This document shows, one piece after another, positions 10,223-18,827 of a stretch of DNA of 32,874 nt. The notes beneath the pieces are model-generated. The model made no database searches and was not told the origin of the DNA. It saw nothing but the letters and a program-made list of their open reading frames with translations. Position numbers and translations under genes: made by a program. Source of the stretch: Deltaproteobacteria bacterium (lineage in GTDB: Bacteria > Myxococcota > Kuafuiibacteriia > Kuafuiibacteriales > Kuafuiibacteriaceae); the NCBI GenBank assembly GCA_040218735.1, contig JAVJQW010000026.1:1-32874 (forward strand), read 5' to 3'. Within the stretch, counting starts at the first letter, position 1. Each line of letters starts with the position of its first letter.

Positions 10223-11343
10223 GCGACTTCCTGCCCTACGGCCGGCAAGCGATCGACGACGACGACGTCGAGGCCGTCGTCGCCGCGCTGCGGAGTGACT
10301 TCCTCACTACCGGCCCGCGCGTCACGGACTTCGAGGCTGCGGTCGCTGACGCCGTGGGCGCCGCGTGGGGTGTCGCGGTGAACAGCGGGACGGCAGCGCT
10401 GCACGCTGCATGTTTCGCGGTGGGGGTCGACGAAGGGGATCGCGTCATCGTCCCCGCCACGACGTTCCTCGCTACCGCGAACTGCGCGCGGTTCCTGGGC
10501 GCCGAGCCGATCTTCGCGGACGTCGATCCGCGCACCGGGTTGATGACCGCCGAGACCCTCGCCGCCGCAATGCAACCCGGGGTGAAGGCGGTGATCCCGG
10601 TGCACCTCAACGGCGCGGTCGTCGACGTGGAAGCGCTCCGCGACGCCGCCGCGGGCGCTGCGATCATCGAGGACGCGTGCCACGCGATCGGCGCCGACGG
10701 CGTGGCGAAGGGGGAGCTCGCGACGTTTTCGTTCCACCCCGTCAAACACATCACCACCGCGGAGGGCGGGATGGTCACCGGCAACGATCCCGAGCACCGT
10801 CGCCGCGCCGAGCTGCTCCGAAATCACGGCATGGTGCGCGACGCCGCGCACCTCGAGAACGCGTCGCCCGGACCTTGGTACTACGAGCAGCAGGCCCTCG
10901 GGTTGAACTACCGGCTGAGTGATCTGCAGGCCGCGCTGGGGTTGTCGCAGCTGTCGAAGCTGTCGCACTTCGTCGAGCGCCGCCGTGCGCTCGCCGCGCG
11001 GTACGACGCTGCATTCGCAGCAGTCGAAGGCGTCGACCCGGTGCCGCAGGGACCCGGCAGCGCCTACCACCTGTACCCGGTGCACATCGACTTTTCGCGG
11101 CACACGCGCGCGGCGCTGATGGCGGAGCTGCGGGAGGAGAAGATCGGCACCCAGGTGCACTACATCCCGGTGCCCGCGCAGCCCTACTACGCGCGCCGCG
11201 GGTGGCGCGCCGAGGACTTCCCGGGCGCGATGCACTACTACGAGCGCGTGCTTTCGCTGCCGCTGTACCCCGCGATGACGGACGCGGACGTCGACCGCGT
11301 GGTAGAGGCCCTGGCGCAGAGGTTGGAGGCGAGGAGCGAATGA
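10219..11343 (+). CDS. pseC: UDP-4-amino-4,6-dideoxy-N-acetyl-beta-L-altrosamine transaminase (DegT/DnrJ family)
   Basis: LPYGRQAID, SDFLTTGP, NSGTAALH, IIEDACHAIG, FSFHPVKHITTAEGG, WYYEQQALGLNYR, GTQVHYIP; pse gene context. Confidence 0.93.
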   Translation: MSDFLPYGRQAIDDDDVEAVVAALRSDFLTTGPRVTDFEAAVADAVGAAWGVAVNSGTAALHAACFAVGVDEGDRVIVPATTFLATANCARFLGAEPIFADVDPRTGLMTAETLAAAMQPGVKAVIPVHLNGAVVDVEALRDAAAGAAIIEDACHAIGADGVAKGELATFSFHPVKHITTAEGGMVTGNDPEHRRRAELLRNHGMVRDAAHLENASPGPWYYEQQALGLNYRLSDLQAALGLSQLSKLSHFVERRRALAARYDAAFAAVEGVDPVPQGPGSAYHLYPVHIDFSRHTRAALMAELREEKIGTQVHYIPVPAQPYYARRGWRAEDFPGAMHYYERVLSLPLYPAMTDADVDRVVEALAQRLEARSE

Positions 11344-12332
11344 GCGGACTGGACGAAATGAGCGCGACCTTCTTCGACGGCAAGTCGGTGTTGATCACCG
11401 GCGGCACCGGGTCGTTCGGCAAGGAGTTCGTGAAGACGATCCTCGCGACGAAAGTGCGGCGCGTCGTCGTCTTCAGCCGCGACGAGCTCAAACAGTGGGA
11501 GATGAAGCAGCTCTACCCCGACGAGGAGCGGCTGCGGTTCTTCATCGGCAACGTCCGCAACCCGACGCGGCTGCACCGCGCGTTCGACGGCGTCGACATC
11601 GTGGTGCACGCGGCCGCGCTCAAACACATCGCGGCGGCCGAGTACAACCCGTTCGAAGCGGTGCACACCAACATCATCGGCGCGGAGAACGTGATCAACG
11701 CGGCGATCGACCAGGGCGTCGAGCGCGTCATCGCGCTGTCCACCGACAAAGCCTCCGGTCCCGTGAACCTGTACGGCGCGACGAAACTCGTGGCCGACAA
11801 ACTCTTCGTCGCGGGCAACGCGTACGCGGGTGGGAAGCGCACGCGCATGGCGGTCGTTCGCTACGGCAACGTGCTCGGGAGCCGCGGGAGCGTCATCCCG
11901 TTGTTCAAAAAGCTCGCGTCGACGGGGCGCCTCCCGATCACCGACGCACGCATGACACGCTTCTGGATCTCGCTGCCGAACGCGGTGGATCTCGTGCGGG
12001 TCTGCGCGGCGCACATGGTCGGCGGGGAGATCTTCGTTCCGAAGCTACCGAGCATGCGCATCACGGATCTCGCGGAGGCCATCGCGCCCGGCGCACAGCA
12101 CGACATCATCGGCATCAAACCCGGCGAGAAGCTGCACGAGGAGCTCATCAGCGAGAGCGCCGCGCGCCACACCGTCGACATGGGTCCGCACTACGTCATC
12201 CAGCCGGACGTGGAGTGGTGGGAGCACGAGCTGGAGGGCGAGCCGCTCCCCGAAGGGTTCTCGTACACGAGTGACAACAACGAGGACTGGCTGTCCATCG
12301 AGCAGCTCCGCACGATGATCGAATCGCTTTGA
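11340..12332 (+). CDS. pseB: UDP-N-acetylglucosamine 4,6-dehydratase (inverting)
   Basis: ITGGTGSFG, FSRDELKQ, HAAALKH..AAEYNPFE, LSTDKA, NLYGATK, RYGNVLGSRGSVIP, MTRFWI, GEKLHE. Alternative start 11358. Confidence 0.95.
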   Translation: MSGLDEMSATFFDGKSVLITGGTGSFGKEFVKTILATKVRRVVVFSRDELKQWEMKQLYPDEERLRFFIGNVRNPTRLHRAFDGVDIVVHAAALKHIAAAEYNPFEAVHTNIIGAENVINAAIDQGVERVIALSTDKASGPVNLYGATKLVADKLFVAGNAYAGGKRTRMAVVRYGNVLGSRGSVIPLFKKLASTGRLPITDARMTRFWISLPNAVDLVRVCAAHMVGGEIFVPKLPSMRITDLAEAIAPGAQHDIIGIKPGEKLHEELISESAARHTVDMGPHYVIQPDVEWWEHELEGEPLPEGFSYTSDNNEDWLSIEQLRTMIESL

Positions 12333-13306
12333 CGTCGCCGATCGTCATCCGCGCCGACGGCGATCGCGCCATGGGCACCGGCCACGTGATGCGTATGTTC
12401 GCGCTCGCGGAGTCGGCGCCCTCGGTGTTCGTCGCCGCGCGGTTGGACGAGGCGCTGGCGCAGCGACTCGCGACGGTCGGAGCGCGCGTGGAGCGCATCG
12501 AAGTGGAGCCCGGGAGCGTCGAGGACGCCGCGCAGACCACCGCGATCGCGGAGCACGTCGGAGCGAAGTGGATCTGCTCGGACGGGTACGACTTCGGCGA
12601 GGCGTACCAGCTCGCGGTCGCGGCATCGTCGTCGCGTCACCTCCTCGTCGACGACTACGGGCACGCGGATTCTTACGCCGCGGATCTCGTGCTCAACGCC
12701 AACGCCTACGCGGACGCTTCGATATACGCGAATCGATCCGCCGGGACCCAGCTCCTCCTCGGACCGAAGTACACCCTCCTGCGCCGTGAGTTCCTCGCGA
12801 CGAAACCCACGCCCATCCCCGGCCGTGTCCTCGTCACGATGGGCGGAGCGGATCCGGTCGACGCGACCGCCTGGGTACTCGACGCCCTCGCGCGGATCGA
12901 CGTCGACGCCGAGGTGATCGTCGGGCCCGCGAACCGACGCACGTACGAGGGCGGAGACGGCGTGCGGATCGTCGGTCCGGTGCAGGACATGGCGCCGCGC
13001 ATGGCCGAAGCCTCCCTCGCGATCGCCGCCGCCGGCACCACGACCTACGAGCTGTGCCACCTCGGCGTCCCCACGATCCTGACCGTGCTCGCCGACAACC
13101 AGGTGCGCGTCGCGGAGGCGCTCGACGCGGGCGGCGCCGCGGTGAACGTGGGCTGGCACCGCGCCTACGACGCCGCGAGGCTCGCCGACACGGTACGGGC
13201 GCTGCTCGACGACGAAGCGAGGAGGAGCGCCCTCGGCGCCGCCGCGCGGGTATTGGTCGACGGGCGCGGCGTGGAACGTGTGATGATGGCGCTGAGCGAT
13301 GGCTGA
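12329..13306 (+). CDS. pseG: UDP-2,4-diacetamido-2,4,6-trideoxy-beta-L-altropyranose hydrolase
   Basis: IRADG...GTGHVMR, LLGPKYTLLRREF, VTMGGADP, AAGTTTYE, ADNQ, VDGRG. Confidence 0.9.
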   Translation: MTSPIVIRADGDRAMGTGHVMRMFALAESAPSVFVAARLDEALAQRLATVGARVERIEVEPGSVEDAAQTTAIAEHVGAKWICSDGYDFGEAYQLAVAASSSRHLLVDDYGHADSYAADLVLNANAYADASIYANRSAGTQLLLGPKYTLLRREFLATKPTPIPGRVLVTMGGADPVDATAWVLDALARIDVDAEVIVGPANRRTYEGGDGVRIVGPVQDMAPRMAEASLAIAAAGTTTYELCHLGVPTILTVLADNQVRVAEALDAGGAAVNVGWHRAYDAARLADTVRALLDDEARRSALGAAARVLVDGRGVERVMMALSDG

Positions 13307-14348
13307 CTTCGCGATCAACGACAGAGAGATCGGCCCGGGCCACCCGACCTACCTCATCGCCGAGCTGTCCGGAAACCACGGCGGCGACATCGAGCGCGCG
13401 AAGCGGCTCGTCCAAGCGGCGGCGGACGCGGGCGCCGACGCCGTGAAGCTCCAGACCTATACCGCCGACACGATCACGATCGACTGCGACACCGAGCCGT
13501 TCCGCATCCAGACCGGGACGCTGTGGGACGGCCGCGTTCTGCACGAGCTCTACCGCGAGGCGTACACGCCGTGGGATTGGCACGACCCGCTCGCGTCGCT
13601 CGCCGAGTCGCTCGGGATGCACTGCTTCTCTTCGCCGTTCGACCCGACCGCCGTCGACTTCCTCGAGACGAAGAACGTGCCGGCCTACAAGATCGCGTCG
13701 TTCGAGCTGGTCGACCTCCCGCTGCTTCGTTACGTCGCGGCGAAGGGCAAACCGATCATCCTCTCCACCGGGATGGCGACGGCGTCGGAGATCGAGGAAG
13801 CGGTCGCAGCGATCCGCGAGACCGCGCCGGTTCCGTTGGCGTTGCTCAAGACCAACAGCGGCTATCCCGCGAAGCCGGAGGAGATGAAGCTGCGACTCTT
13901 GCCCGAGCTCGCGACGCGCTTCGACGTCGTGGCCGGCCTCTCGGACCACACCCTTGGCAACACCGTCGCGGTCGCCGCCGTCGCGCTCGGTGCGTCGCTC
14001 ATCGAAAAACACCTCACGCTCGCGCGCGCCGACGGCGGGCCCGACGCCGCATTCTCGCTGGAGCCCGCCGAGCTCGCCGCGTTGGTCGAGGCCGTCCGCA
14101 CCACGGAGGCCGCGCTGCGCGAGGGGGACTTTGGCCCGACGGAGCGCGAGCAAGGCAGCTTGCCGTTTCGCCGCTCGCTGTTCGCGGTCGAGGACATCGC
14201 GGCCGGTGACGTCTTCACCGAGGAGAACGTGCGGAGCATCCGCCCCGCGCACGGCCTCCACCCGCGGCACTTCGACGAAGTGCTCGGGCGGCGCGCCAAG
14301 CAGGCCATCGAACGAGGGACCCCGCTGTCGTGGACGCTGATCGAGTGA
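13299..14348 (+). CDS. pseI: Pseudaminic acid synthase (NeuB family with SAF domain)
   Basis: IAELSGNHGG, AVKLQTYTADTIT, YTPWDWH, FSSPFD, YKIASFE, GLSDHT, IEKH, FRRSLF, VRSIRP. Confidence 0.95.
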   Translation: MADFAINDREIGPGHPTYLIAELSGNHGGDIERAKRLVQAAADAGADAVKLQTYTADTITIDCDTEPFRIQTGTLWDGRVLHELYREAYTPWDWHDPLASLAESLGMHCFSSPFDPTAVDFLETKNVPAYKIASFELVDLPLLRYVAAKGKPIILSTGMATASEIEEAVAAIRETAPVPLALLKTNSGYPAKPEEMKLRLLPELATRFDVVAGLSDHTLGNTVAVAAVALGASLIEKHLTLARADGGPDAAFSLEPAELAALVEAVRTTEAALREGDFGPTEREQGSLPFRRSLFAVEDIAAGDVFTEENVRSIRPAHGLHPRHFDEVLGRRAKQAIERGTPLSWTLIE

Positions 14349-14785
14349 CGCTGCGCCCCGCGACCGAGGACGACGCAAGACGCCTCTTCGACTGGACCAA
14401 CGATCCCAGCACCCGCGGCGTCTCGTTCAACGCCGACCCCATCCCGTGGGACACCCACGTCGCGTGGTTGCGAAAGAAGCTCGCGGATCGGGCGTGCCGC
14501 CTCTTCATCGCGGAGGTCGACGGCGCACCGGTGGGGCAGGTGCGGCTCGACGCCGCAGCCGACCGCGCGACGATCTCCGTCTCCATCGCCAAGGCGCACC
14601 GTGGCCGTGGCTTCGGGGTCGCGGCGATCCGCGCCGCGACCGCTCACGCCGAAGTGATCGACGCGTTCATCCTCGCCGACAACGCCGCCTCGGTGCGCGC
14701 CTTCGAGCGCGCCGGCTTCACGTTCGCGGAGGACGTCGAGATCGAGGGGCGCGCCGCGGTCCGCTTCGAGTGGACGAAGTCATAG
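14345..14785 (+). CDS. pseH: GNAT N-acetyltransferase, PseH-like
   Basis: LRPATEDD..LFDWTNDP, HVAW, PVGQVR, RGRGFG, NAASVRAFERAGF; last gene of the pse operon. Confidence 0.78.
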   Translation: MTLRPATEDDARRLFDWTNDPSTRGVSFNADPIPWDTHVAWLRKKLADRACRLFIAEVDGAPVGQVRLDAAADRATISVSIAKAHRGRGFGVAAIRAATAHAEVIDAFILADNAASVRAFERAGFTFAEDVEIEGRAAVRFEWTKS

Positions 14786-15634
14786 GCACCCGTCGGCGTC
14801 GCGGAACCTGAAACACAGGCTCGGGTCCGGCCGGTTCGCGACGACGACCGCGGTGAAGACCGCGCTCGCGACCACGACACCCGTGGCGCCCCACACGTAC
14901 GGCGACTTCCACCACACGAACTGCTCCTTCAGCGCGAGCTCGACGCGCGTCGTCTCGCCCCCCTTCACCACCGCGTCGGCGCCGCCGGGCTCCCAGCCCT
15001 CGGCCGTCGCGAGGACGCGGTAGGCGCCGGGCGGGAGCGTGAACACGCCCGCCGCGCCGGTGTCCGCCGCGCCGCCGCCCTCGAGCGCGACGGTGGCGCT
15101 CGGCGGGGTAACGTCCACCTCCAGCCGCCCGCTCTCCTCGAAACCCGCGGCGGCGAGGAGCTTCGCGGCTTCGTCGGTGAGGCGCGCGACGATCGCTTGC
15201 TCGCCAGGTTGCGTGAGCTCGCCGAGGTGCTCGCCGAGCTTCGACGACGCGTCGGTGTCGAGGAGCTGGATCGAGAGCAGCGGTGGCTCCAACTCGAAGT
15301 CGATCACGACGATCATCCCGTACCGCGCGTTGAACCGACGCAGTCGGGCGGCGATGCAGCCCTCGTTGGGGCCACAGTTGCGCACGCGCTCGACGAGCCC
15401 CTCTTGGCTCGCGATGAACATCTCCTCGTAGGTGATCACGCGCAGGTCGACGCGTCGCTGCACCGCCGCGGTAATCGCCCCGAAGATCGCGGAGAGCGAC
15501 GCCGAACCGTGCGGGCCGTCCTGGACGATCGGCAGGATCGCGAGGCGCTTGCCGTACCCTTCGGCGTCCGCCGCTCGCGCCTCCGTCGCCGCGAGCGTCG
15601 CGAGCACCACCCACCACGCGATCCCTTTCGCCAT
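14780..15634 (-). CDS. Secreted PEGA-domain protein with C-terminal membrane anchor
   Basis: Signal peptide MAKGIAWW...ARA; GRLEVDVTPPSATVAL...LPPGAYRVLATAEGW (PEGA-like); WWKSPYVWG plus TM segment. Confidence 0.78.
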   Translation of the reverse strand: MAKGIAWWVVLATLAATEARAADAEGYGKRLAILPIVQDGPHGSASLSAIFGAITAAVQRRVDLRVITYEEMFIASQEGLVERVRNCGPNEGCIAARLRRFNARYGMIVVIDFELEPPLLSIQLLDTDASSKLGEHLGELTQPGEQAIVARLTDEAAKLLAAAGFEESGRLEVDVTPPSATVALEGGGAADTGAAGVFTLPPGAYRVLATAEGWEPGGADAVVKGGETTRVELALKEQFVWWKSPYVWGATGVVVASAVFTAVVVANRPDPSLCFRFRDADGCL

Positions 15635-15740
15635 CGTCGCCCGTTCGAAGTTAAGGCCGTCCGCCCTCAGAAGCCAGCATGTGGCCCGATGTCCGCATCG
15701 TTGGTTCAGCGCGCGCGCGACGCGTAGACTGTCGACCGCG

Positions 15741-16409
15741 ATGGCCACCCCGGTCCTCTTGCTCTACGGGCTCACCTGCGTCGCGCCCTGTGAGGTCGGT
15801 GCGCAGGACCGCGCGCGGCTCGAGCAGCGCGCGGTGGACATTCTCGCGAAGAAGGGCTTCGAGGTTCGTCCGGCGGCGCCCGACGCGCCACGTCCGACCG
15901 GCGGGACCTCGACGATCGGCAACGACGACGTCGCGACGCTGATGACCTCCGACCGCGTCGTCGCGCTGGACCTCGAACGCGACGGACGCACGCTGTGGAT
16001 CACGCAGTTCGTCCGCGGCGTCGTGGGCCCGTGGGCGGTCGACAAGGTGTCTTGCGATGCCGGCGGCGAAACGTTTGCGTGCCCGACCTTCGAGCGACTG
16101 CTCGTCGCCGGGCTGAGGCCCAGGACCGCGCTCGACGTGGATCTCGTCGCCGCGCTCCGCGCGCGGAGCAAGGCCGTAGGCAAGTGCATCGCCGAAGAGG
16201 ACAAGGTCCCCGCGGCGGAGCGCATCTTCGGGCGCATCGAGATGGACCTGGAGGTCCAGCCGGAGGGCCCCGTGCGGGTACGCGCGATCGCGCCGGCGCG
16301 GGTGGCGAAGGCTCGTCTCGGTGAGTGTCTGCGCGCGGCGATGGAGGCGCTGGACGTCGGCCCCTACGAGGGCGCGCCGATCCCGTTCTCCGTACCGATC
16401 GATCTCTGA
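15741..16409 (+). CDS. Hypothetical exported protein with AgmX/PglI (TonB-C-like) C-terminal domain
   Basis: AVGKC...GRIEMDLEVQPEGPV...LGECL...FSVPIDL pattern with paired Cys. Confidence 0.6.
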   Translation: MATPVLLLYGLTCVAPCEVGAQDRARLEQRAVDILAKKGFEVRPAAPDAPRPTGGTSTIGNDDVATLMTSDRVVALDLERDGRTLWITQFVRGVVGPWAVDKVSCDAGGETFACPTFERLLVAGLRPRTALDVDLVAALRARSKAVGKCIAEEDKVPAAERIFGRIEMDLEVQPEGPVRVRAIAPARVAKARLGECLRAAMEALDVGPYEGAPIPFSVPIDL

Positions 16410-16445
16410 TTGCCTAGTGCACGACGCCCGCGCGACTGAAAGGTC

Positions 16446-17153
16446 GTGCTTCGGACGCTACCGATCGCGCTCCTCCTCCTCGCGACGCCGTCGCTCGCTT
16501 TGGCCGCCGACCGCTGGTTGCTCATGCCGGTCTACGCGGCGAACCCGCCTCCGCAGGATCCGACGCTCCTCCGCCTGAGCCAGCGCGTCGGCGCGGCCAT
16601 CGCCGAGCACAACGCGGCGGACGTCCACCTCGTCTCGCGCGCCGTGCGCGAAGAGCACTGCCAAGATCACGGGCACGAGTGCCCCGATGCGATCGCGCGC
16701 ATCCTGGAGGTGGATCGGGTCATCGCCGTCGAGCTCACCGAGGACTACGAGGCCCTCGTCGCGACCGTGTTCGATCCGCCCACGCGTCGCCGGGAGCTGA
16801 GGGTCGCGTGCCAGTGGCGCGGCGGTCCGGACTGCGACCTGGACGCGCTCGGGAAGCAGATCGCCGAGGGGACGAAGTCGACGTGGGATCCGGCGCAGGT
16901 GGACGCCGCCTTCGACGCGCTCCGCCCGCGGATCGACGCCTGCCTGACGAAGGCCAAGCCCACGAAGGCCGAGCCGCGCGTGACGTTTCGGGTTCGGGAG
17001 GATGGCCGCCCCATCGAGGTCCGCATCCAGCCGAAAGCGTTGCAGCGGAAGAAGGCGTACCGCTGCGCCGCCAGGGTCGTGGAATCGCTCAGGGTTGTCC
17101 CGTTCACCGCCGACCGGATGCCCTTCGTGAACAAGCCGCTCACGTCGCCTTGA
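16446..17153 (+). CDS. Hypothetical secreted protein, possible AgmX/PglI-like C-terminal domain
   Basis: Signal peptide ending ALA; RPRIDAC...VTFRVREDGRP...YRCAARVVESLRV; AAAGG upstream. Confidence 0.6.
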   Translation: MLRTLPIALLLLATPSLALAADRWLLMPVYAANPPPQDPTLLRLSQRVGAAIAEHNAADVHLVSRAVREEHCQDHGHECPDAIARILEVDRVIAVELTEDYEALVATVFDPPTRRRELRVACQWRGGPDCDLDALGKQIAEGTKSTWDPAQVDAAFDALRPRIDACLTKAKPTKAEPRVTFRVREDGRPIEVRIQPKALQRKKAYRCAARVVESLRVVPFTADRMPFVNKPLTSP

Positions 17154-17187
17154 TCCTGTCTTGCTGAATGCCTGGGGGTGTCCTTCA

Positions 17188-18816
17188 ATGCGCGCCGTGC
17201 AGCGGCGAGCGGCGGTCTTCCTCACCTGGGCGCTCGCCCTCCTCACGCTGATACCCCGCGTCGCCGAGGCCAAGACCCGACCCTCGCTGGTCGTCCTGGT
17301 CGTCGTCGACCAGCTCGGCCGCTACTACCTCGACCGCTACACCCCCTACCTCACCCGGGGCTTCGCGCGGCTGAAGCGGGGCGCCGCGTTCTACCCGAAC
17401 GTTCGGTACGACTACGCGAACACCGAGACCGCACCGGGACATGCGACCCTCTCCACCGGCGCCTGGCCATCGGTGCACGGCATCACCGGCAACGGCTGGT
17501 ACACCGCGGGCGGCGCAGAGCGGTACAGCTTCCACGACCCGGACGTCCGGCGCGGCCCGATGAACCTCCGCGTCCCCACGATGGCGGACGCCCTGCACCT
17601 CGCGACGAACGGGCGCGGGAAGGTCGTCTCGATCTCCATGAAGGACCGCGCCGCGATCGCCCTCGGCGGGCGCGCGCCCGAGCTCGCCGCCTGGTACGAC
17701 AAGCTGTCGGGCCGCTTCATCGCGGGGAGCTGGAAGGGGACCCAGGCGCCCCCCGCCTGGTTCAACGAGGTCGCGCTGCGGCACTTGCCGGCGGATGCGT
17801 TCGAGAAGACCTGGGATCACTTCGACGACAAGGTCGACTACGCCCAGGTCGTGGGCCCCGACGACCTCCCGTACGAGGAGTCGGTCTCGGGCTTCGGGCG
17901 CACGTTCCCGCGCAAGATGGGCGCCGGCCTCGAAGGCCCGACGTCCGCGCTGTGGAAGAAGCGGTTCATGCTCGCGCCGCAGTCCATGGACGGAATGGTC
18001 GACATCGCCCTCACCGCCGTGAACGAGGAGCGGCTCGGTCAGGACGACGTCCCGGATCTGTTGGCCATCAGCTTCTCGCACCTCGACTACGCCGGGCACT
18101 ACTGGGGCTCGCACTCGCAGGAGGCCTTCGACATGCTGCGGCGGATCGACGCCCAGCTCGAACGCGTCATGCTCGCGGTCGAGGAGTCGGTCGGCGGCGG
18201 GCGCGTGATGTGGGTCCTCACCGCGGACCACGGCGCGACGCCGACCGTCGAGGCGGCGGCGTCGTTGGGCCTGCCGGCGGGGCGCCTCGATCCGAAGGAG
18301 ATCCAGCAGCTCGTCGATGGCGTGCTCGCGAAGCGAAAGAGCGGGATGCGCCTCGTGGATCTCGACACCCCCCGCGTCTTCTTCTCGCCGAACGACGACC
18401 CCGTCGAGCGCGTCGCCGCGGCGCGCGCCGTCGCGCGTGCGCTCGCGCAGCACCCGATGATCGAGGAGGCGTACGCGACCGCCGACCTCGACCAGTGGCC
18501 GCCGCCCTACGGTGAGCGCTTCCGTCGCTCCCACTACCCGGGGCGCGGCGGCGAGGTCGCGTTCCGGATCGCCGCGCACCACTACCCGTCGGACCTCGAC
18601 GAGAACGGACAGGTCGTCGCCCTCGGGTCGGGCCACGGCTCGCCCTACGCCTACGACAGCGATGTCCCCGTGTTCGTGCGGGGGCCGGGTGTGACACCCG
18701 GCGAAGACCCCCGGCCCTACACGATGACGCAAGTGGCCCCCACGATCGCTGCGGCGCTCGGCATCCTGCCGCCCGCAGCGTCGACGGCGCCGCCGCTCCC
18801 CGCGGTCACGCGGTGA
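17188..18816 (+). CDS. Alkaline phosphatase superfamily protein, PafA-like (Thr nucleophile)
   Basis: Signal peptide; VVVDQL, TETAPGHATLSTG, SMKDRAAI, DYAGHYWG, LTADHG, GHGSPYAYD. Confidence 0.9.
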   Translation: MRAVQRRAAVFLTWALALLTLIPRVAEAKTRPSLVVLVVVDQLGRYYLDRYTPYLTRGFARLKRGAAFYPNVRYDYANTETAPGHATLSTGAWPSVHGITGNGWYTAGGAERYSFHDPDVRRGPMNLRVPTMADALHLATNGRGKVVSISMKDRAAIALGGRAPELAAWYDKLSGRFIAGSWKGTQAPPAWFNEVALRHLPADAFEKTWDHFDDKVDYAQVVGPDDLPYEESVSGFGRTFPRKMGAGLEGPTSALWKKRFMLAPQSMDGMVDIALTAVNEERLGQDDVPDLLAISFSHLDYAGHYWGSHSQEAFDMLRRIDAQLERVMLAVEESVGGGRVMWVLTADHGATPTVEAAASLGLPAGRLDPKEIQQLVDGVLAKRKSGMRLVDLDTPRVFFSPNDDPVERVAAARAVARALAQHPMIEEAYATADLDQWPPPYGERFRRSHYPGRGGEVAFRIAAHHYPSDLDENGQVVALGSGHGSPYAYDSDVPVFVRGPGVTPGEDPRPYTMTQVAPTIAAALGILPPAASTAPPLPAVTR

Positions 18817-18827
18817 TTGGAAATATC

